IMG/VR virus record: IMGVR_UViG_3300032216_001518
Location: 1-26,077 of that record
Source: a virus
Lineage: Duplodnaviria > Caudoviricetes
Reading direction: 5' to 3' (one strand)
DNA: 26,077 bases
The notes under the pieces are model-generated. The model saw only the letters and a list, made by a program, of their open reading frames with translations, had not been told where the DNA came from and did no database searches. Positions 16,300 to 24,064 of the stretch are shown here, piece after piece. Within the stretch, counting starts at the first letter, position 1, and the number at the start of each line of letters is the position of its first letter. The translations under genes were made by a program, and so were the position numbers.

Positions 16300-16809
16300 C
16301 TACGCGTAGGTGTAGGCGTCCGTGCTGAAGTTGTACGCGGTGCCCTTGACCGTGAACTTCCCGGGGATGCCCTCGGCGAAGTCGATCTCAAGGCGGCAGT
16401 ACTTGTAAACGACCGTGTTGTCCGCCGTGGCGCCGAAGTCGGAGCGTTCGCCGGTCCACGTCACCTTGACAAGGAATGCGTCGCCGGTGTTCGGGCTCAT
16501 GGTCGTCGCGGACGACCAGACGCCGAGCTTCATGGCGACGTCGAACGGGGTCGCCGTCGTGCCGTCGGAGAGGAACTGCGTCGCGTGGCAGCTAAACGTG
16601 AACTCGATCGGGCGATCCTCAACGGTGCGCACGCTGTAGACCTTGCCCCGAGCGCGGAACTCCTGATGCGTCTGCTGGGACGCCTCAAGGCCGCTGATCT
16701 GGAGGTCGCCGTCCTCGTAGGGGATGACCAGCGTCTTGGGCGTGCCGGTGTTGTCCGCGATCGTGATCTTGCCGTCCTTCGGGACAAACGGCGTGGCGGC
16801 GTTGCTCAT
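16300..16809 (-). CDS. Major tail (tube) protein (169 aa)
   Basis: GAGG SD and ATG 16809 (MSNAATPFVPKDG...). Beta-rich, between terminator and chaperone. Confidence 0.75.
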   Translation of the reverse strand: MSNAATPFVPKDGKITIADNTGTPKTLVIPYEDGDLQISGLEASQQTHQEFRARGKVYSVRTVEDRPIEFTFSCHATQFLSDGTTATPFDVAMKLGVWSSATTMSPNTGDAFLVKVTWTGERSDFGATADNTVVYKYCRLEIDFAEGIPGKFTVKGTAYNFSTDAYTYA

Positions 16810-16816
16810 GGGGACC

Positions 16817-17284
16817 TCAAGAAAGCGGAAGGAGGTGGAACTTGACGAGGAAGGGGATGTCGGTGACCAGCCATTCGCCAGAGCCGGCGACGAGGCCGCG
16901 CGTGGATGTGCCGGACCACCACATGCGGAAGTCGAGCGGCCACGTTGACGACTGCGTGTGGATCTGCTTGATGACGGCGTGCTCAATGGCCAGCGCCGTC
17001 TCAAAGCTCGTGTTTTGGTCCTTGGGGGCCACGCGCGTCGTGAACTTGAGGTGGAACTCGGTGTCGACCCAGCCGCCTTGCGCGTCCTGGTTGCGGAGCT
17101 CCTTGGTCAGCAGGCTCGTCGGCATGCCGAGCGCCCACGCGCCATGGGCCGTCGTGGACGGGTCGCGCGCAAACAGGTCGTACAGGTACGGGCTCTGCGT
17201 CCACGTCACGCCGGTAGGGGGCGTCATGGCGGCGAGCTTGGCGACCACCGCTTGTCGGAGCTGGACGAAGGTGAGGGCGCTCAC
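16817..17284 (-). CDS. Putative tail terminator protein (155 aa)
   Basis: GTGA-coupled start (MSALTFVQLRQAVVAKLAAM). The N-terminal helix and the position just before the tube gene are typical of terminators. Confidence 0.6.
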   Translation of the reverse strand: MSALTFVQLRQAVVAKLAAMTPPTGVTWTQSPYLYDLFARDPSTTAHGAWALGMPTSLLTKELRNQDAQGGWVDTEFHLKFTTRVAPKDQNTSFETALAIEHAVIKQIHTQSSTWPLDFRMWWSGTSTRGLVAGSGEWLVTDIPFLVKFHLLPLS

Positions 17285-18048
17285 GGGTTGAGCCGCCACG
17301 GGCGCAGGCCGGGGGGCGTGCCCGAGGACAAGAACACGGACGAGACGCCCGCGGTCTTGCGCTTGTTGGCCTGGCCGCTGTTTGTGTCGTCGTAGGTGAA
17401 CGTCAGCGCGTCCCACTCGGTCGTGTACTTCTGTTCGTAGTGAGAGGCCAGCGACTCCCAGCGCCCGCCCTCGCCGCTGCCCGTCATGAAGTCGCGGAAG
17501 ATGATCGCGAGGGTGCCGAAGAGGTGGACGTTGCGAAGCGCGCTCGGCTCCATGATGAGCCACGGGCGCCGTGCGTTCTGCGCGAGGCGGCTATCGATCT
17601 GCGCCCACGCCTCGTCGAGGTAGTCCTGATAGGACGACGCCCCCGATGGACGGGTGGCGGACAGGTCCGAATGGAGCCGGAGCAGGTCGGCGTCCGTCAC
17701 GACCGGGTAGAGCCGGCGACGCACAAGCGCCGCGTCCCGACGGAAGGTGTGGACCACGCTGTCGGGCATGAGCAGCGCGAACTCGATGCGCCAGCCGTTG
17801 CCGTAGACCATCGTGGTCGGAATCAACGTGGAGGCAAGCGAGTACGTCGCGATCGAGGCCGTCACCGTCACAGCGGCGGCGGACACGATCGCGACGTTGC
17901 TGGCATCGTAGACGGTGATCGTCCCCGAGGAGGGGGCGACGATCGCCCCGTTCCGGTACACCGGACACGTCAGCGTCTGCGTACGCCCCGCCTCCAAGGC
18001 CTCCACGCCGATCATGCGGGCGGTGTACAGGGTCTCCTCGGTAGACAT
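17281..18048 (-). CDS. Putative head-tail adaptor with an N-terminal Ig-like extension
   Basis: Beta-rich first ~105 aa, then YPVVTDADL...YLDEAWAQIDSRL helical adaptor-like region. Confidence 0.6.
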   Translation of the reverse strand: MSTEETLYTARMIGVEALEAGRTQTLTCPVYRNGAIVAPSSGTITVYDASNVAIVSAAAVTVTASIATYSLASTLIPTTMVYGNGWRIEFALLMPDSVVHTFRRDAALVRRRLYPVVTDADLLRLHSDLSATRPSGASSYQDYLDEAWAQIDSRLAQNARRPWLIMEPSALRNVHLFGTLAIIFRDFMTGSGEGGRWESLASHYEQKYTTEWDALTFTYDDTNSGQANKRKTAGVSSVFLSSGTPPGLRPWRLNP

Positions 18049-18049
18049 G

Positions 18050-18448
18050 CTAACCGTGCCCCGCGCGGATGGTGAGAGTGGTGACCGCGCTGTCGGCCGT
18101 CCCGTTGGCGCCGGTCTTGCCGTACAGCGCGTGCGTGACGCCCGAGAAGCGGTTGTCGGTCACGACCGTCGCCGCCGAGGCGATGGCCGTGGTTCCACCC
18201 GCCGAATACACATCGGTTCGACCCGTCGCCGAGCCGATGACGGGCTGAATCGTGGTGGCCGCACCCGCGCCCTTGGTGGCGGCGACGCGGATGTGCGTGA
18301 TGGTGCCCACGACCGGAACCAGCGCCGTCGAGAGCGTCCATTCGCTGTTCGCGTCCACGATCCCCGTTTCGGTGATCGCGTAGATGAACGTGCGGCGGCC
18401 GGCGATGATGCCTTCCCAGGTCTTGGCGGCGCTGTAGGTGTAGGCCAT
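18050..18448 (-). CDS. Putative head decoration/minor virion protein (132 aa)
   Basis: T/A/G-rich beta composition, in the head module. Confidence 0.5.
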   Translation of the reverse strand: MAYTYSAAKTWEGIIAGRRTFIYAITETGIVDANSEWTLSTALVPVVGTITHIRVAATKGAGAATTIQPVIGSATGRTDVYSAGGTTAIASAATVVTDNRFSGVTHALYGKTGANGTADSAVTTLTIRAGHG

Positions 18449-18452
18449 CGGA

Positions 18453-19298
18453 CTACCCGATCGTCTTGCTGATGGCTTCGCCGTAGACCGTGAGGGCCTT
18501 CGCTGCGGCGGCGCCCTGCGCCGAAACGCCGATGTACGGGATCAGGTTGACGCTCGTGAGGGCGGCGGTCGTGTAGAGCAGCGTCCAGTTGGGGACGCGC
18601 TCGTCGGCGCCGGTCGCGGGGGACGCGCCCGAGGACAGGTAGACGTACGCCTTGCGGGCGCTGTCGATCCGGATCTTGATCCGGTAGCGGGTCGACACCG
18701 CGACGGCGATCCCGGTGTCGGTCTGTGTATCGGTGTTCGCGATGGACGAGACGACCACCCAGTTGCCCGAGGTCACGCCGCTCTGGTAGCGGAGATAGAC
18801 CTGGTCGTCGTCGGTCGCCACGGTGCCGGTCTGGGTGAGCTTGAGACCGGCCCAGCAGGCCATCGAGGCGATGGACGCGCCGGTCGCGATCTCACACTCC
18901 CATTCGACGGACTTGGAGGTACCCCAGGTGAACTGGGTCCAGCCGCTCTGGTTGGCGTCGAGGTGGGGGAGGAGGATGACCGCGTCACCGTCCGCGCCGG
19001 CCGTGGTCAGCGTGACACCGCCGGTAACGGCGAAGGCCACAGACGAGCTCGTCGCGTTGGTTCCGAGCACCTCGAAGTCGGGATCCGCGATCATGCGGAC
19101 GGTCTCCAGAACGTTCTGGATGTCCGCGTTGAGGGCCGGCTTGCCGCGCTGGCCGGCGACCCACTTCAGCTCCAGCCGGTCAGAGAGACCGTTGAGGCGG
19201 CGGTTGGGGGCAACCGCGAAGTCGCGGATGATGCCACCCTTCGCTCGGATGGTGCCGCGGAAGGACTGGAAGGTGGGGTTTGCGGTCTTGACGGCCAT
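18453..19298 (-). CDS. Putative virion protein with a lectin/ConA-like beta-sandwich (281 aa)
   Basis: Strong AAAGGAG SD. DTGIAVAVSTRYRIKIRID is typical of laminin-G/ConA-like phage domains. Confidence 0.55.
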   Translation of the reverse strand: MAVKTANPTFQSFRGTIRAKGGIIRDFAVAPNRRLNGLSDRLELKWVAGQRGKPALNADIQNVLETVRMIADPDFEVLGTNATSSSVAFAVTGGVTLTTAGADGDAVILLPHLDANQSGWTQFTWGTSKSVEWECEIATGASIASMACWAGLKLTQTGTVATDDDQVYLRYQSGVTSGNWVVVSSIANTDTQTDTGIAVAVSTRYRIKIRIDSARKAYVYLSSGASPATGADERVPNWTLLYTTAALTSVNLIPYIGVSAQGAAAAKALTVYGEAISKTIG

Positions 19299-19310
19299 GG
19301 GGTGCTCCTT

Positions 19311-19499
19311 TCAGGGCTGGTTGGGCCGGTCGCGATGAAGGGTGCCGCGTTCGATGCGGCCCTCCACGCGCCGGATGGAGTCGTCAGCGATCTTGGTCGC
19401 CGCCTGCTTTGAGAGGTTGTCGTTGCTGGAACGCAGTCGGTCAACCATCGCCTCGCGGGTCTCGCTCGTCTTGCGCTCGCCTTCGGGAATCGCCATCAC
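19311..19499 (-). CDS. Hypothetical protein (61-62 aa)
   Basis: Start overlaps the upstream stop (GTGATG). Charged and helical. Confidence 0.65.
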   Translation of the reverse strand: MMAIPEGERKTSETREAMVDRLRSSNDNLSKQAATKIADDSIRRVEGRIERGTLHRDRPNQP

Positions 19500-20278
19500 A
19501 CGCCCCCGGGGCTGTAGGTGTCGCCGGTCGCGACGGGGCGGCCACCGGGGCGGCTGTTCTCGTCGGCCTCGCGCTTGCTGATGGCCGTCTGGATCGCCTC
19601 AATGATGGACCGCTTCTGCGCCAGCTTGGGCGCGTAGGAGGGGAGCGAGCCGAACTTGAGCTCGGCCTCGGCAAACGAGGTCTCTTCCTTGCGGAGCATC
19701 TTGCGGAGCACGAACAGGGGGCACGCCGGGATGACGCCGGTGGTGACGAGGTTGTCGCAAAACTCGATATAGCCCTTGACGTCATAGGTGATCGACGTGT
19801 CGCCGGGGTGGCACCGCTCGTAGATGAGCAGCGCGAGGTCGGGGCGGCCCTTGGGCTTCCAGAGGTAGGACGGGGGCCTGCCTACGGTCTGGTGAAGGTC
19901 GGCGCGGCCGACGTGCGCGCGGGGGATGGCATCGAAGGGGATGGCGATCTTGCCCTCCTCCTGCCGCTTCGCCAGCGCCACGCCGATCCGGGGGGTGATC
20001 CGGCCGGTGTCGCTCACGATCTGGTCGACACCGGCGACGCCGCCGATGAACTTGAGCTTGAGGAAGTTGGGGACGACGCGACCGTGAAAGACGGTCCAGC
20101 GGTCGTTCTTGTGGAGAAGTTGGAAGTCCGGCGCCGCGGGGACCAGCGTGATCGGGGTCTCGGAACGGCTCGGCATGCCACTCGCCGGGGCGAAGGACCC
20201 GCCTTCGACCTCCTCGGGCATGGAGCGCCAGACGGACTCGTCGATCTCGGGGGCGGCGGGCGGGGTGGGACGTGCCAT
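19496..20278 (-). CDS. Hypothetical protein directly downstream of the major capsid gene (260 aa)
   Basis: Clean ORF with protein-like composition, preceded by the GAGAGAACGC motif. No family recognised. Confidence 0.75.
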   Translation of the reverse strand: MARPTPPAAPEIDESVWRSMPEEVEGGSFAPASGMPSRSETPITLVPAAPDFQLLHKNDRWTVFHGRVVPNFLKLKFIGGVAGVDQIVSDTGRITPRIGVALAKRQEEGKIAIPFDAIPRAHVGRADLHQTVGRPPSYLWKPKGRPDLALLIYERCHPGDTSITYDVKGYIEFCDNLVTTGVIPACPLFVLRKMLRKEETSFAEAELKFGSLPSYAPKLAQKRSIIEAIQTAISKREADENSRPGGRPVATGDTYSPGGV

Positions 20279-20322
20279 GTGCGTTCTCTCGTGGCTGGGG
20301 TGGGGTAGAGGCGGGGGGTCTG

Positions 20323-20369
20323 CGGGGGTCTCCGAGAGAACGCGGGGGAGCGTGCCCCGGAGACCCCCG
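20323..20369 (-). terminator. Strong hairpin after the capsid stop (attenuator/stabiliser)
   Basis: 12-bp perfect inverted repeat CGGGGGTCTCCG (20323-20334) / CGGAGACCCCCG (20358-20369). No U-tract. Confidence 0.55.
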
Positions 20370-20378
20370 ACCTAAAGA

Positions 20379-21308
20379 CTACTGGCCGGTGATGATGCTG
20401 ACGCCCGCGGCGTTGATACCGATGGACACGCCGAGGTAGCGGTGGGTCGCGTACTTCGTCGTCCCGCCGGCCACGACGCGCTGGCGCTCGAAGAGGATCT
20501 TGTTGGCCAGCGCGTGCTGGTTGATGGGATCCTCGACCTGGACCTCGCCGTCCATCCAGATGACGCCGGACGTGCCGAACACGCCGCCCGCGTAGTTGGA
20601 GCCGGTCGCCGTGGGGACGTCGGTGGTGGTGACCCAGTCGACGCCGAGCCAGTTGCCCTGGGAGCCGAGGCCCTTCATCATGTCGATCACGCGCTGACTG
20701 CCGGAGTTCCACTGGATCGCGCCGCCCGAGTTGACGGCCACGTCCTTGCGGATGTCGCCCCATTGCTTCGGGTGCAGGATGCCGAGGAAGGGGCCGACGG
20801 CCTGCGCGATCTCCAGGGTGGTGATTGAGTCGAGCAGGTCCGAGAACGTCGCCGCGGCGCCGCTGGTGCCGACGGTGGCCGTGAAGTCGTCCGTGACGTT
20901 GGCGACCATGTAGCGGAAGATGAGCGTACCCATCATCAGCGCGTCCATGCCCATCATGTCCGGCCGCAGCGCGCCGTACTTGTCCACCATCTTGGCGAGG
21001 TCGGACGGCTCGCGCACGATCGTCTTTTGGACGACGGTGATCGTGGCCGCGGAGTCGGTGAGGTCGGTGTTCGCGACCGGGTCGCCTTCCGTGCCCGTCG
21101 CCATGCGGTCGTAGCCGAGGAGGCCGATCTGCGGGACCTTGAGCGCGTTGGAGCCGGCGCCGACGATGGACCCGCGGTAGCCGAGGGCCGGGTGGGCCTG
21201 GAGGGCGTTGCGGTCGGCGAGGAGGAGGTCGTAGTCAGCGGCGAGCTGCGCGGTGACGGTCTCGTCGGCGAGCGAGGCAAAGAGAGTTGCGCCAGCGGGT
21301 GCGGCCAT
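20379..21308 (-). CDS. Major capsid protein (HK97 fold, scaffold-dependent type)
   Basis: 309 aa after the scaffold. LKVP, ILHPKQWGDI and GNWLGVDWVTT match HK97-fold capsid patterns. GGAG SD. Confidence 0.85.
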   Translation of the reverse strand: MAAPAGATLFASLADETVTAQLAADYDLLLADRNALQAHPALGYRGSIVGAGSNALKVPQIGLLGYDRMATGTEGDPVANTDLTDSAATITVVQKTIVREPSDLAKMVDKYGALRPDMMGMDALMMGTLIFRYMVANVTDDFTATVGTSGAAATFSDLLDSITTLEIAQAVGPFLGILHPKQWGDIRKDVAVNSGGAIQWNSGSQRVIDMMKGLGSQGNWLGVDWVTTTDVPTATGSNYAGGVFGTSGVIWMDGEVQVEDPINQHALANKILFERQRVVAGGTTKYATHRYLGVSIGINAAGVSIITGQ

Positions 21309-21412
21309 GGAGGACTCCGAGAAGGGAAGGGGTGGAAAGCCTGTGCTTTCGCCTTCGCTTGTCCCGTTCCAGGACTCTCGGGGTTGCGGTTTCCCGTGGC
21401 GCTATGGTGACG
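21309..21412 (-). ncRNA. Candidate structured 5' leader RNA of the capsid gene
   Basis: Several nested stems, including a CGG-GAAA-CCG tetraloop hairpin and a CCGAGA/UCUCGG closing stem that overlaps the SD. Confidence 0.4.
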
Positions 21413-21417
21413 TGTAG

Positions 21418-21446
21418 ATGCTACCCCGGACGGCGCGAGGCCGCAA
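21418..21446 (-). promoter_or_regulatory. Putative capsid promoter TTGCGG-N17-TAGCAT
   Basis: The -10 overlaps the scaffold stop codon. Shares CCGGG(G)TAGCATCT(G)ACACG with the portal promoter. Confidence 0.6.
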
Positions 21447-22017
21447 GGATCCCCTGCAACGTCACCGCGTCGATCTTGCCGTCGCGGAATTGCTCGGTGG
21501 CCTCGCGGAGCTGCGCCGCGTTGGGCTTGGAGCCGTTCGACGGGGGAGCGCCACCGCCGCCGGGGTTCGGGCGCGGGGGCGGGGCGGCCTTGGGGTCGCC
21601 CGGCGCGGGCTTGGTGAACAGATGCGACAGCGCCTTCGGAGGCGTGGCGCCTTCGGCCTTGAGCGAGCCCAGCCAGTCGCCGATCGACTTCGGCTTGCCC
21701 TCGGCGGGGAGGCGAGCGTACAGCGTGCGCGCGACCACCACGTCCTCCTCGTCGGTGACGCCGTGGACGAGAAGGCCGCGCTCCTCGGCCCAGCCGTCCG
21801 CCGCCGCCTTGTGCTCGGCCTTCAGCTTCTCGATCGTGGCGCTGGCGCCCTCCAACTCCTTGACCTTGGGCTCGTACTCGCCGATCTTGGTCTTGTAGGT
21901 CTCGGCCTCGGCGCGGGCGCCGCGGAGCTCGGCCTTGAGAGACGTGATCTTCTCGGTCGTCTCCTTGTACCGCTCATAGGGGACCGGGGCGGGGGTCTGC
22001 GGGGTCTCGTCGGCCAT
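21421..22017 (-). CDS. Capsid scaffolding protein
   Basis: VPYERYKE start, coiled coil, Pro/Gly-rich linker and C-terminal helix. Lies immediately upstream of the capsid gene. Confidence 0.8.
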   Translation of the reverse strand: MADETPQTPAPVPYERYKETTEKITSLKAELRGARAEAETYKTKIGEYEPKVKELEGASATIEKLKAEHKAAADGWAEERGLLVHGVTDEEDVVVARTLYARLPAEGKPKSIGDWLGSLKAEGATPPKALSHLFTKPAPGDPKAAPPPRPNPGGGGAPPSNGSKPNAAQLREATEQFRDGKIDAVTLQGILAASRRPG

Positions 22018-22056
22018 AGTGCGTTCTCTCGGGGCTGGGGATGCTCGGCGGGTAGG

Positions 22057-22329
22057 CTAAAGGTCGTCCTCGGTCAGCGTGACCGGGGTGTCGTCGGGGT
22101 CGGGGTAGGTGCTGCCCGGGTCGGTGTCCTCGGGGCGGGTGTCCTCGCCGTAGGTGAGGGCGCCGAGGGTCGTCCGCGTCTCGCCGGACCACATCGCCGC
22201 GGGACAGGTGCCGATGTCAATCGCGCGGTTGGCGACCGCCTTGGCGAGGTCGCCGGCCTTCCAGTCGTCCGGGTGCTCCAAGGCGACAAGGGAGGTGGTG
22301 ACACGTTGAACGGCGATGGTGGAGATCAT
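22057..22329 (-). CDS. Hypothetical protein (90 aa) with an acidic tail
   Basis: ATGA overlap with the portal stop. Confidence 0.6.
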   Translation of the reverse strand: MISTIAVQRVTTSLVALEHPDDWKAGDLAKAVANRAIDIGTCPAAMWSGETRTTLGALTYGEDTRPEDTDPGSTYPDPDDTPVTLTEDDL

Positions 22330-24011
22330 GCGGGCACCGGGGCGGGGGTAGAATTCAGCGGCGGCGCGGAAGGGGGCGGAACCACCACCTTGATGGAGTT
22401 GGCGAGGTCGCGCGCTGCCGCTGCGCCAAGGCCGCAGAGCGACATGGCCGTCTGGTAGACCGTCTCACGGTCCACCGCGCCGGCTGACGCCTCCTTGAGG
22501 AGGTCCATCATGGGCACCACCGACTTCGGATCGACCACGACGCCCGGGGGGGTGGGCGAGCCGCCGCCGCCGAGCCTCGTGACCTCCTCGGCCACCTCGG
22601 ATCCCTCCATTTGCGACAGCGCGCATTGATGGACGGCTTCCTCACGGGTGGACGTGGGGTTGAACTCCATGTAGGCGCTGACGGGGCCGACGAACCCGGC
22701 CGACTGCTTCGCCTTGAGGACGTCGAGCTGCATCTGCGCCTCAATCGGCGAGGGCTGGAGGCCGCAGTAGCTCACGCGGTAGTCGCCGGGCGCCTCGGCG
22801 TAGTCGGTGCCGAGGTAGCGGTTCGACAGCCGAGCGCAGATCGAAAGGAGGTCTTGATCCCCGCGGCGGAACTGGGGGGCGCTGTTCTTCTGCACCGCCC
22901 GGATCGCGTCGTTCGACACCGCGAGGCTGTAGCCGCTGCGGATGTCGGCGTCCTGGCGCGTCACGTCGGACGGGGAGAGGCCCGCGAGGAGGAGGGCGCG
23001 GCGTTCGTAGACGCCGACAGACTCCAGGATCTTCGCGGGGTCCACAGGGGGCGACCACTGGCCCACCTGCGGGTTCGGCGAGTCAGGCGCCGCGTCAAGC
23101 ATGATGACCGACGCGGGGTCGGCGACGACGTTCTGGTGTTCTCTGCCGGGCTCCCCCTCGGCGTTCGTCCCGCGGATGTTCGCGCCGAGAGTCCATCGCT
23201 GCGCCCATGCGCTGTTTTGGAGGACGTGCCGGTAGTAAGTGAGGTACACGCCCGCGTTGATGGCGACCTCAACGACCTCTTGGAACGTGAACGGGTCAAA
23301 CAGCCAGCCCGAAGCCGCGGCGTGGTACCAGGCATAGGGGAGGAAGGGCTTGCCGTTCTTGCCGATGCAGTCGTACCCGTCCAGGCCCTCAAAGGTCCGG
23401 CCGTCGTTCAGGTCCTGGGTGATGTCCCTCGCGCCGTCGGGGGCGTAGACCCGATACGACGGGTTCTTCGGGTCGCGGATGTCGCGGACGTGCGCGCACC
23501 AGCCAATCCCGGGCTCGTTGATGTACTCGCGGATCAGCGTCGGGCGGTCGGGGCGGCGGGGGTCTCCGAGAGCCTGAACCATGTCGGGGTACACGGGGCG
23601 TACCGCGAGGGTCTGCATCTCGTCGTCCACGTCGACCCGCACCAACATCTCGCGAAACGCCCAACAATCGCGCTGAACGCGCTGCATGAGGGGCCACACG
23701 CCGAGGTCGGCCAGCGAGCGGACCAGCGCCTCGGAGCCGGCGGGGGCGCCGATCTCGGGCTCGTCGTTGTACAAGACGGAGACCTGCGACGCGATGGCAA
23801 GCAGGGTATTCGCGGACATGTCGGGGAGGCCCATCACGTCGGCGCGCACAAACCCGATCTGCTTGTTGATGCGCTCTTGGATGTCCCCGATGTGCTCGCC
23901 GTAGATGATGCGCCGCCGACGCCGGGTGTGCTCCATCCGGTAGGAGTCGCGGATGTCCGCGACGACGGGGCCGCCGTAGACGGACGGGATGGTGCCGGGA
24001 GCGTCGGACAT
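22326..24011 (-). CDS. Portal protein (SPP1 gp6-like)
   Basis: 561 aa directly after terL. An SGYSLAV (SGxAL-like) motif, size and synteny support the call. Confidence 0.85.
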   Translation of the reverse strand: MSDAPGTIPSVYGGPVVADIRDSYRMEHTRRRRRIIYGEHIGDIQERINKQIGFVRADVMGLPDMSANTLLAIASQVSVLYNDEPEIGAPAGSEALVRSLADLGVWPLMQRVQRDCWAFREMLVRVDVDDEMQTLAVRPVYPDMVQALGDPRRPDRPTLIREYINEPGIGWCAHVRDIRDPKNPSYRVYAPDGARDITQDLNDGRTFEGLDGYDCIGKNGKPFLPYAWYHAAASGWLFDPFTFQEVVEVAINAGVYLTYYRHVLQNSAWAQRWTLGANIRGTNAEGEPGREHQNVVADPASVIMLDAAPDSPNPQVGQWSPPVDPAKILESVGVYERRALLLAGLSPSDVTRQDADIRSGYSLAVSNDAIRAVQKNSAPQFRRGDQDLLSICARLSNRYLGTDYAEAPGDYRVSYCGLQPSPIEAQMQLDVLKAKQSAGFVGPVSAYMEFNPTSTREEAVHQCALSQMEGSEVAEEVTRLGGGGSPTPPGVVVDPKSVVPMMDLLKEASAGAVDRETVYQTAMSLCGLGAAAARDLANSIKVVVPPPSAPPLNSTPAPVPA

Positions 24012-24019
24012 CGTGTCAG

Positions 24020-24048
24020 ATGCTACCCGGAGCGGGACGGGTTGTCAA
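24020..24048 (-). promoter_or_regulatory. Near-consensus sigma70 promoter for a (nearly) leaderless portal transcript
   Basis: TTGACA-N17-TAGCAT, then 8 nt to the ATG. No SD. Confidence 0.75.
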
Positions 24049-24064
24049 CGTGGGCGTCAAGAGG

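Noticed and set aside
20297-20328. Canonical G-quadruplex motif on the template strand before the 260-aa gene (also near 20249-20269)
   Set aside because: G-runs are common at this GC content and in the antisense of Pro-rich codons. There is no independent support for function.
21309-21412. Known riboswitch (cobalamin or c-di-GMP-I) in the capsid leader
   Set aside because: Only short fragments (GCCAC, GGGAAA) resemble them and the conserved cores are absent. Kept as an unknown structured leader instead.
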